Origin: a virus | Taxonomy: Duplodnaviria > Caudoviricetes | Length of the DNA: 64,000 nucleotides | Direction: 5' to 3' (one strand) | IMG/VR virus record: IMGVR_UViG_3300033066_001102 | Coordinates: 10,614 to 74,613 of that record | Shown here: positions 20,201-32,200 of the stretch, piece by piece | Position numbering within the stretch: the first letter of the stretch is position 1 | Layout: each line of letters starts with the position of its first letter | Program-made: the position numbers and the translations under genes | The notes under the pieces: model-generated | The model's database searches: none | What the model was told of the DNA's origin: nothing | Seen by the model: only the letters and a program-made list of their open reading frames with translations

Positions 20201-23200
20201 TTCATTGGTAACTACATCTACATTTGTTCTAAATGCAGCAACCAGCGCAGGTAGATTTATAAACTCACGCATTCTCGGCAATTCTTTATAAACACCTGTA
20301 GCAGTAAGCTCTAATGATTGCGTGATATGCGTAAAGGATGCGGCAAAGGAATCAAAAGTATCAATACCTAATTCCTTTAACATGGCAGGTGATATATACC
20401 TCATCACTGTCCACATTTCAGCCATTGTATTTGTAATCGGCGTACCGGAAGCCATTACCACATTACGCCCGCCGTTTTGCTGCATAATAAACCGCGTTTT
20501 CGTATATGCATCCCAGGCAATATTTGATCGTTGCACATCAATGCCTCTTATATTTGGAAGAGAAGTATCAAAACCTACTTTTTTGTACGCATCCGCTTCA
20601 TCTAAAATTATCGCATCAATACCCATCTCTTCAAAATAAAATGTTGCATCCTTCTTTTGGTTATTGATTTCAGCAAACTTCCTACGATCTCTCAACGTCT
20701 GCCGACCTTCATCTTTCACCCTACGAGTCTTTTTATCAGCAATAGGCTTTGCGCCCAATTTTTCCATTCTTTTTTTCAACTTCGCTATATCCCTTGAAAA
20801 TTGCTTTTTTTCTTCATTATCCATATTCGCCTTCTGCGCCTCCAGATTAGCAATTTCTGCTTGTAACATTGCCCGTTCTCGATCTGGATCATTGGGTATT
20901 TTTTCCAAGAAACTTCTTGGAATAATCACAACATCCCAAGCACCATAAGCAATTGATGCAAACAACCGTTGCCTGTTTTCTTTTTGCATATCCTTCTTTG
21001 TTGCCATTAGGATACGTTTACCAGGATACAGTTTTGAGGCAGAAGCATTGAACTGTTCAAATGTTGGATTATGAACAACGATCAAAGTTTTATTTGCCAA
21101 CTTCAACCGCTTCCATTCCATTGCAATAGAAATCAGCGTGTAGGTCTTACCGCTACCTACATCATGCGCGAGGTATGTTGACCGGCGCAGCGATCGGAAC
21201 GCGGCCCTGGATTGATGCTGCCGCAGTTTGAATTCTTCACCATCAATAAATTCTGATTGTTCCGGAAATCTTTTTATAACTCTCGTTGATTTATATTCAA
21301 CAAAACCCTGTACTTCATTATTAAAAGATTGCTCCAGTTCATCGTGAATGCTCTCAGTTCGTTTCACCCATGCTTCGAATTCCGATTTCAGTCCTTCCAG
21401 TTTAAGTCTCGCTTCAGCAGTCTTTTCATGATCAACTATTCGCCTTTTCCCTTCTGCGTCAGTCGGATCAATCTTATACACTTTTACATCACCATTATTT
21501 AACGCTTTCTCCATCATTTCTGATGCATCGTAAATTATTTTACCTGTTTCTGGATTTTGGTATCCCCAGGTTGCCTCGCCTAATGAATTAGAACTCCTGT
21601 ACTTATTGAATTTTACACTGTATCTATTTTTTGAAACATTCTCATTGTAGGTTACATCAGCCTGAATATCCTGGTCTTTCATAAACGAGCTGTACACAGA
21701 CAGCGGAATCCACGTTGAGCCAATTCCAGGTGTGATAAGATGCATTGGTGCCCATGGTGGCAATACTTCTTTTAAAGAAGTTACGTTACGTTCAAAATTT
21801 GCGTCTGTTAGTGCGGCTAATTCTGCCTGTTTTAATTTCTCTCGTACATTTCCTGAGATATATTCATCATGATCAATCAACATGCCCGTAATTGGGTCCA
21901 CAAAAGCAAGGCGCTCCTCCAAAATAAGCTGCCTTGCGGCATCTGGATTTATATCAAGCAATTTTGCAACATAATCAATATTGATTGTCCCCTTGTAAAT
22001 GATCGAAATATTTACTGCATCACTTATGCTTTCCGCACTGGTAGGTATTACGTAAGGATAATTCACCCGACGACTAAGAATATCACCTGGAGCAATTTCG
22101 TACTTATAATAAGCATTGCCGGCTTTATTTCTTTCGATTTTTTGAGTGATTTTTTCCAAAGAATAAACAATAGCAAATTCAGAGTCCTCTTTTAAAAATG
22201 ATAGCTTATTGTTACGGTTAATCCGACCATACCTCTCGTGAAAATTTAGGTAAGCAATTCGCAATTTTCTTCGTTGCTCATTCAATTCATCATCTGTAAA
22301 CTTTACTGATCGCTCACTTTGTACCAGTTTTTTTGCTAACTGTTTAACATTAATAAACAATTTAAACACCGTTTCTACCGAAACAGATTTGCCACCGGAT
22401 AGCGTTACTCTCTCATTTTCAAAATCCACATACACGCGAACGCCATTCTCTGAAGTGTATATTTCACCATTTTCATCAATATAATAGCCACCATCTACAT
22501 CTCGCTCTTCTGAAAACAAATCTTCTGTTGTGGTTGATGAATCTGAACCTGTCGTATTAGATATATTTTGCGGCAGTTTATCAATAGCGTTTTCAATCAT
22601 GCCATTTAGATCATCTGAAGTGGGAACCAGTGTATTATCATTAGCTGTATTAAGACCACCCCTACCCGCTTCATGTGCCAGGCGCATTTCACCCATCATC
22701 ATTTCGGGATTATCATGGAAATACTCATTGATAAACTGCGTGTAAGGATCACCCTCATCGTCTACTGTTTCACGGTGTGGCACGGCCATACTCCATAACT
22801 GTGCTTGTGGATGGGTGCGACCCTGATCAGTCCGTTTGCGGAAAATCAGTATATCGGTAGTAACTTCAGTGCCCGCATTCTCTTTAAACGCATTCCAGGG
22901 CAACCGAATAGCCCCCATAAAATCCACTTCCTCATGCTCATTCATGTAGTCACGAAACTCCTGAATAGTCCCCCTGTCCATCGTATTGGATGTAGTGATT
23001 AATACACCAAGTCCTCCTGGCTTCACCATGCGCATGCTCTTACCAATAAAATAGTTGTGGATATTCCACTTCGTCAAATCCTCAAAGTTTTTATCATACA
23101 CCTTGATGGGTCCAAAAGGAACATTGCTAATGGCAAGATCATACGACGCTGGTTGCAACCGCGTTTCTTCGAATCCGGAAACCCGCACATTTGACTGTGG

Positions 23201-26200
23201 ATATAATTTTGTCGCAATACGTCCTGATATCAGATCCAGTTCAACCATGTCCATCTTGCTGTTAGGAACAAGGTTACGAGGCATAAGTCCATTGAAGTGA
23301 CCTACCCCCGCAGCCGGCTCAAGCACCCTACCACCACGGAATCCCAATCGTTCTGCGATGGTCCACATATGGCTAATGATATCTTTCGAAGTGTAATGTG
23401 CGTTTGTGGTAGACGCAATGGCAGATTTCAGTTCTGATGGTGTCAGCATCTTTACAATCTGATTGTGCATGGATAGGTACTTATCTTTCCATGATGTTTG
23501 CCCACGTTCCTGAGCCTTGTTTACATCCAGTACCGTAGCCAATCCCCCCCATCCAGTAAACTGTGCAAGTATTGTTTTTTCTTCTGGTGTTGGATTACGG
23601 TCAGCCTTTTCAAGTTCCTTCAATAGTTCAATAGCTTCAATATTGGCGCGGATTTTACCCATCTCGCCTTTAGGAACTAACTCTGTTGATTGCGTTATTA
23701 CAAAGTTTCTGTTAGCAGGATCTATTGGATCTGCAGTTTCTTCAGAGCTTGATTCAGTAGATTTTGATTTAGGGTTGCTTCTGATGTTTCTACCGGACTT
23801 AGTACGACGCTCGCCTCCTCCTCCGCTTCCGCTTCCGTTGCTCCCAGTTTCAACGCCTTGGTCCGTACCTGTTCCGCCCGTGTCAGTTTCCATTGGAGAT
23901 ATCTCCTCAGTTTCATCGGGTACTTCACCAGGTATGTTAGAAAACTCTGGTCGGTCGCCGCTAAATAGGTCAGATGTTGTACCGCTTCCTGGCTTTGTTC
24001 CAGGGGTTCTTCCTCCACTAATGTTTTCAGTGTTTTCATTTTTTACAGGTAGTTTAAAGTTACTAACTATTTTTTTATCCGTCAGTTGATCGGAGATTTC
24101 ATCTGGTGCACCATAGGCATAAGAGCCATACGCTTTCTTCAGATACGGTAGCATCATTTCTGCTTTCTGATCACCGAACTTCTGCCTGATGCCATTGACA
24201 ATGCTCTCAAACGATGTCATTCCGGCTTTGACAGCACTTTCCACCATCTTGATTCCTGCATCATTCAGTTTGATTTCCTTCTCATTCATTGCACCTTTGG
24301 TGCGCACCTTACTTGTCAGGAATCTTTCTACCAGTCCCTCCTTTGATTTGTATTCACCAGAAGCGCGTAATACTTCACGCATCCCCTTGATAATGGGATG
24401 ATAGTTGGGCAGTCCGAAAATCTTTTTGATTGCTTCAATTAATTCCTGATAGTATGCTTTGATTTTCTGCCATACAGTATGGGAGATGAATCTATTGCCC
24501 AGGTACTCACTGGCATTCATGGCCCAGAATTCAGAAGGATTGGCATATTGGTAATCATCACGATTCAGTACACCATTCAAGAAATCCAAAAACACCTGAT
24601 CCTGAATATCTTTATCATTAGAGATCGTTGATAAATGTAGGTTGCGTAATGCTTCTCTACGTTCTGTAGTAGCATTTCTAAGTTGCTTATCGTATTGTTT
24701 TGCCCACTCAACAAAAATTGCCTTTTGCGCTTCATCCGACAACATTCGCTCGGTGTGGTGCAATATCTCATGCACGATCACATAAGGATCATTATTGCTT
24801 TTGATAATGCGAACCAGTCGATTGAATGGAGAATATGTCCCCGCCATTCCCTTATAGTCATTGGTGACGATGGAGATGCCCAGGTCAGATGCAACAAGAG
24901 GATTTTTATTCAATAACCATAATGCGAATTCCGCGCCTACCTGAGTTATTTCTCCTTTGCGCTGTGCATTGAGTATTCGCTCTTTGACATATACGGGACC
25001 GCGCTTCCTGTCCCTGATTCTCTTGCTCTGATTGCGCTCAAAGTTTTCATCGAGCAATCTTGCCAACCGGATGGAGAATTCTTTCGGATCCAATTCACCG
25101 GAACTCAGTTCTCTGTCGAGTGCTTTTAGTTTGGCAATGAAACTGAATCGTTTTTCTTTTTCCTCACTCGCATACGGGATCGAGAACATATTTTTTACGA
25201 TGTCGCTTCCATCATCTGTCAGATCATCGAACAGATCTCCGAACTCATCCATTGCGGCATCAACCTCTGATGGAATGTCAACAGGTGGGTATGCCGTTGG
25301 TTTCCCTGCTTCAAAATATGTTTGAATTGCGCCAATATGTCTTCGTACATAATCATCCGTATTTTCAATTTTTCCATTAGCATCTTTTTTCAATGGAGGA
25401 ATACCAATCTTTTCAAAGAGAAGATTGAACTTATTAAAGTCAATGGTGCCAATGCCTAACAATTGAGTTTGCATCCACGATGAAAGATCTTGTGGACGAT
25501 TCCTGCCAATATTAAAGCCAATAGTTTCAATATCTGATTCTACGCTTCGCCGCAGATCCATCTTGATAGCAGATCGCAACACAAAGTTTACAATATCCTC
25601 CACTTTAGTATCAGCGCTGATGTCTTCCGGTTTATATTCATTCTTACCGATCACCAACTTTCTTCCAAACATATTTAGCATCACGGCCTTCACTTCCTGC
25701 CAGAATTCTTTAATCAGATCAATCAGTGATTTATCTTCCAATTGTTTCCGTGCTTCCAAGTCAATTGCCCTGGCAATCATTTCATGCGTCTTCATCCTCG
25801 CGCTGGCATTCGGATATTTGCTGTCAACAAATTCCTTAACCTCCTTATTCTTTCGGACAGACTTCTGCAACCGGTCATACAATTCCGGGTTGCGTTTCTC
25901 TATAGCGAGAATAAATGGATGTGAGAATGCTTCGTGAATTGGAGTGGTTTCATCGGCAACACCACTTACAAAGTATGCTGTTTCTGTTGCATCATCATAA
26001 AATCCGGCCGGCATCGGACCGTCATACTTCTGCATCCTGTATCGCTTAGTTGCGTCCATGATAGCATCCATGTATTCCTTATCGGCAGCAAGAATCTCAA
26101 CCGTATATGCCTTGTCGATTGCATTATTCTTAACAATGTAATCACCTGGAGTAATTGTTTCTTTTTGGCTATTTAGTGTAGCTTTATCTGCATCACGCTT

Positions 26201-29200
26201 TTTCCTTGCATCCTCTTTACGCTTATCCCGCTTTTCACGCGCTTGCTTTGTGATTGTGTCATAAATACTTTGTTTCTCCCTACGTTGGCGCATTTGCTCT
26301 TCATGCGCACTTTTTCCAGCCTGCCTTTCGCGTTCATATTGGCGTTGCCTTTCTTGCTGTCGCCGCTGCCAGTCACGCATTTGTTCTTCTTGATCCCTGC
26401 GGAAGTCTTCATAGGTATTCCGCTGTTGATGACCAGATCTTCCAGAACCCTGATCACCTGGTCTGCGAGCATGACTATCACTGATAATACCCTTGTTATA
26501 GTTGTCATTCACTACATTGAGGTACTTCATCAGCTCTAACGCATCCGCACCCTTGTCTGGATGATATTTGAATGATAACTTTCGATATGCTTTACGTGCT
26601 TCTTCTTTATTGGCAACTGTCCGATAGACCTTTAGGATAAATGCTTTTGCCTCGTTTTGATCAACATTATCGAATAAATCAATGTCTTCCAATATGCCGA
26701 AAAAGAAATCGCGATCCGAATTTAGAATTGCTTTGGCTTCGTCTTGAGTAACTGTTTTGTAATTGATGCCAAATCGTTTCTTAAGCGCTTCACCGATAGT
26801 ATTTAGTTCCTGATCGTTGAGTTTCCTATTATTTAATTTTGTTTGCCTGCGATCAATAGCATTCTTAATTCTTGTTGCAGGATGAGTTTCACGATTGCCT
26901 TTTGGAACCTCATTCCTTGATATGATATTCTTTAGACGGTCCAGTTCTGTTTGACCTGCAGCTTCAATAATATTATCAGGCAATGATTCAATATGAGAGT
27001 ATAAATCTTTGTGCCTTTTAGCTGATGGTGCACGTTTATCCAGTTCCAGATATGCATCATTCCATTGCTTCAAATTAGACCATGTAACCCTCGTTCCAGG
27101 AGTAGTAATTTCTTCAGGTCCAGTAGCAACAGTTTCGGTACGACCGTCAATGATCCGCATTTTCTCAGCGGCCATCCAGTTCATCATAATCTTTTGTCCT
27201 GCAGCATTTGCTTCTTCCCATGTAGCATAACGGGCATCGTTACCATTCCATTTACCACCTTCACCTTTAATAATCAGTTCAACACGATATGGGAAATTCT
27301 CTACATCTTTTTTCTTATCAACCGGTTCAGGCGCTTCTTCTTTCTCGCTTGCAATCACTTCTGAAAACTTCTTTGGTGTCCAATACAGATCCAATTCAAC
27401 CGGCAGTGACTTCATTTCCTCAATGCTGATGTAGCCCCATTCGCCGTCTTCGCCAAACTTCGCATAACCGAACGCCTGGTACTGTTTCCCCTTATCTTTC
27501 GGAGCATCATCCTTGGATCCCTTGTCTTTCTCGATGATGTACCAATCCCTGCCGCCAATGAAGTAGTGCAGGTACACTATTTTGTCGCCTTCTTCCTGGT
27601 CATCCGTTTCATAAGTGGCTGGCATTCCTTCAATCAACTTGTCCAGTTTGTCCAGCATGTCGATGAAGAACTCGGATTCCTCACTCTTTAATTCGTTTTG
27701 CTGCAGCGATTCCAGTTCCGCCTCCGGCATGAAGTTGACGATATTCGGAGTGATAACGGACTTAGCAGTTTTTTCAACCTTAGAGGGTTTTACTTCTTCC
27801 TCTTTGGCTTCGGTGGTATTGTCCGTACTCGTTTTTTTATCGGTGGTAGGGGTAAATTCTTTTTTGAATAATTCAACCTGATCTTTGGGAACTTCAATGG
27901 CTACTTTTTTAAGTCCTAATTCTTTTGCTGCAAGGATTCTATGCCTGCCATCTTCAAATCCTAATTTGCCATCATTAATACTTGCAACGCTTGGTTCAAA
28001 TGTAACTTTCGTTTCAGTCCGTTCACCTGTTTTGGGATGAACCCATCTATTATCATTCAGATAATTACTAATGAACTCTTTTGCTTTTTGAACCCTATTC
28101 CCAATCTGATTCTTTTTATTTGTTACATCATAATCCGGTTGATCTTTTGACTGCCGTTCAAGTATCTTGTCAGTATCCACAAAAACAATTTCATTCTTCT
28201 TTGGATTCCTTAATGTGTATTCAACGTCCTCAAGTGCATTAGGATTTTTGCCTACGTCTTCTTTTGGCACTCCGAACTCTTCAAGTTGTTGTCTTGTGTC
28301 AGTAGGTTGACTTTCTGGAACTACTTCTTCTTGTGAAAGTCCTTCTGCGATATTGGTTGCTTCGACATTTCTTTCACCGCCTGCAATCGCTCCTCGTTTT
28401 TCTTCTGGTGATTGAGAGGCGGCTTTGCCCCGTATTCCATTTTTATTTGCCAATTCTTCTATTTTAGCAAGCAAATCCGTTTCAGATAAATTTAAAATAT
28501 CTTCTTTATCTAAAGGGAAACTTTGATCTGCTATATCTATGTATTTTTCACCTGTATGAATATTCGTTCTTTCTGTTTCTTTTCTATACGTTATATGCCA
28601 ATTTCCTCCTACACTAAATAATTTTTCAAAAACATAGTCCCCTATTTTATTAGGTAATACCTTTCTTAAAATATTAGATGTTTTCTTTACATCTTCTTGT
28701 ATATTTTTTTCGTCAAATTTTTCAAATGCTTTTTGTTTTTTAACATCTACATCATTCAATGCACTTTCCCCTTTGGCTTCTGGCTGTTGTATTTCATTTT
28801 TAGCAACGCCAGCGCCACCTTGCTGCTCTTGTCCAATTTCGTCTTTGGTTTCTTCGGTTGTGATTTCATTGATCAGAGTTTTTGTTTCGTCAGTTAATGG
28901 TACTTCCAATGTAAGTTCCTCTATGGTCCCATCAGGATTATCATCAAGCCATGCAAGAATATCTTCTTGCTCAGAGGAAGGTATCTGTGATGCTTTTTTG
29001 CGATATTCTGCGAATGTTTTTAAAAGAGTTCTGTCAAATTGTATCCCTGTAATGGCCGTAAATTGCTGCCCTAATCTTGATGTTAACGGCCCAAATAATT
29101 TAGATTCATCCAGACCATTAGGATACTTAAGCATAAAGTCCCACAAATCCTTCTCTGTAAATCGATCAAAATCTTCTCTAAGATTGAGATCTGAAACAGA

Positions 29201-32200
29201 TTGATCTATACCCTTTGCATTTTTACCGTAGTAATTATCTCTAAGCGCCTGCCAATTAGGTAAATCACTAAGATCATATCCGAAATATCTCCTTACATCT
29301 TCATTGTTAAAACTGATGTGCGCATCAGCCATCCGTCGCTCTTTATCACTAAATTGCAACGACTCACCTTCCATTTGATCCATGTAGGCCGCACCAATCA
29401 ATATTTCTAATGGATTCTCGCCTTCAGATCCGAGTTTGTGATAATAGTCTTCTTCATTATTGATATCCGACACATCAAGCTCAGGAGTACTTGAATATTT
29501 TTCAACCAGGTAACCAGAAACAACTTTATCATAAATAGGACTTCTTCGATCAACTTCTTTACCCGAAACCGAATTTTCAAATATTATAGAGCCACTTTTC
29601 GATTTCTTAACCTCATATTCAATGTTCTCTACCGATATAAATTCCTTGTTACCGATAACAGATAATTTCGCCTTGTTTTTATTTTCAGTACCTGGAGTGA
29701 TCTCTTTTTTGATATCTTCAAGTTGATCAATCAATTCCTCATCAAGATCATCTTCAGGGAAAGGAATATCTACAGGAATATGTTCTACCGGATCACCAAT
29801 GTCAATTCCAATAACAGGTGGTACTACGTCGATAATAGGAACAGTTTGACTCTCTGGCATCCCCGCTGCTACATTAGTCTGCTCCTTTATCTTTCTATTC
29901 AATTCAGCCAGTAGTGCTGAAGCATGCGCCGCAGGAATATTTTTATACCGGTTCACTTTCATTGCTACTTCTGCCTCATTCATGCCAGGAGCACCCACCT
30001 TCTTAGCCGTTGCCCTCGTTTCAAAAGCATTTAATACTTGTTCCGCATAAATCCTTTCATCGCCCGCTGCAAATTTCCCGAGATTCTTTTTTCTGAAATC
30101 CCTGATGGACATTACGCCGGCATTGCGAAGTGCATACAGTTGTCCCAGTTTTCCGTTGCTTATATTCACAGCAACAGGATTCTGATTCACGTCGAAGTAA
30201 CGAACAGTTGATTTTGCTTTTGGCAAGAATGATCCCACTGATGCTATAGGAGCAAACGCCCCGATTCCCAATGCAGTAGTAGCAAAAAACTCTTTATTAT
30301 ACCCTTCAAAAACGCCCTGATCACCGGTAATTATATTCGATAACGGACTATTTACCCATTCTTCAAATTGCTCACCAATGATATTTGAATATGAAAGGTT
30401 ATGCTTAAATATCTCTTGTATTGCTTCATTCGGCTCAATACCATGACGCGCTAACCAGTAACCAACAGTCAGTCGCTTCATAAAATCAGGATCCTTCAGC
30501 ACCTTTTTTGAGAAAGCATTACCCATCCATGGAACAACCTCTCCAATTCGCTCAGTAGCAAATTCAGCCCATGAAGTACCAAATGCTTTTGCAAAAGCAG
30601 TAGAAAAGTCTTCTCCTCTGCCCTTTTGCGATTCATCCAATTGGTATAACAATTTAGTTCCGTCAGGCGAAAAAGCCATTACCATTCCCGGTTGCATGCG
30701 CTCCAGTGTGGTGTTAATATACATTTGAGGATTTGCAGCCGTTTGCGCTATTCCACCAATAAGGCTTGCCAATACCTCGCTTGAACGTCCCGCTGCCGAT
30801 TCTGCAAATATTACCGAACCGGCCGATTTAGCACTTTGTGCGGCGCTGATTTTTCCAAGATCAAGAATGCTTGTACCCGCTTTTGCAGCAATCTTTTGCA
30901 GACCTTGTCCTACTACTGTTTTTGCGGAAGAATAAACACCACTTGTAGCTGCAAATTCACCAATGTAAGGGAACATTCCGGTTGTTATTTGCCCGGCCGT
31001 GTACCAGTAATTCGGTGTAATCTGGCTTTCAATATCATTCTTTGCTGTTTCTGATTGCAACAGCAATGTTTCAATAGGAGATAAGGCCTTGCCATCGCGA
31101 ACTTTATTCTTGATACTTAACAGATTGATGTTGTCTGGAATGTCAGCAATAGATTTTATAAAAGGAATAAAATCGGTCATTCGTTTATTTATCGCACCTT
31201 GATAAAACCATCCCTGATAGTTTTCTGGCAATGTCCCAATTTTGACGAGATTTTCCCGTGTCTGCAGCAATAGTCTGTATTCCTTGTATTTATCTATGGA
31301 TTCATTAGATAGCGATCCGTTTTTTTCAATACCATCATTCCTTGCTACATTTAATTCCTTTTTTAATTCGGCTATTTGCTTATCGATTTCTGGCAATGTC
31401 TGTTCTGCATAGCTGCGAAGCGAAAAGGTAGTTAAGTTACCCTTGTCAGTGATATATGCCGGCCTTACTACATGGTAATAAAATTGCTTTCTGGCTTCAA
31501 AAATATCCTCTGGCGACACGCCTGCATTATGAAGCTCTATTGCTTTATTTTGCCAGGCATGATCCATCAACTTCTTTTTCTCTTCATAGGATTTTCCTTG
31601 AAATTCTGGACTTTCGAAAGCACTTTGCGCCTTCCGTATGTAATCGCCACCGAGAATGGTCTTAGATGGGCTGATTACGGCATCAATTTTTAAATTGAAT
31701 GCATCATCAATTTCTGTTTTAAGGGGAGTAAAATATTTACTTTGCCATAGATCAGTGATTTTGGCATTATACACCTGATTTAACTCAGCACCTTTTTGTC
31801 TAACAAAGTTTTGAGCATTGGCATTTCCTTCAGGTGATGAAAGATCAAATGTTTTAGAGGCTTCTACTTTAAGGTTTTGTATTGCCGCTTCCAATGATTT
31901 GTTTAATGCAAGATACTCTGGATCTCTTTGAAAAATAGAATCGTACTTCGACTGAATGGGACGAATAAATGAAGTGTCTGCGTACACCTTATTGAGATTA
32001 TTAAGAATCTCAGCCCGTGGCTTAAGAAAGCTGTCTATTTGTGTAGGTAATCGATATTGCTGACCATAGAAAGTATTTGATGCCGGCTGATTAATAACAT
32101 CTTTTAGGAAGTTTGTGTTTTTAGCTTTGAGTACTTCTTCATGCATCACACCTAACCCAACCAACTTATCTCTCATTCCATCGGCATCTTCTATATCACC

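Noticed and set aside
23517-24089. 190-aa + strand ORF and many other short antisense ORFs across 4-55 kb
   Set aside because: Shadows of long - strand genes with low-complexity codon usage
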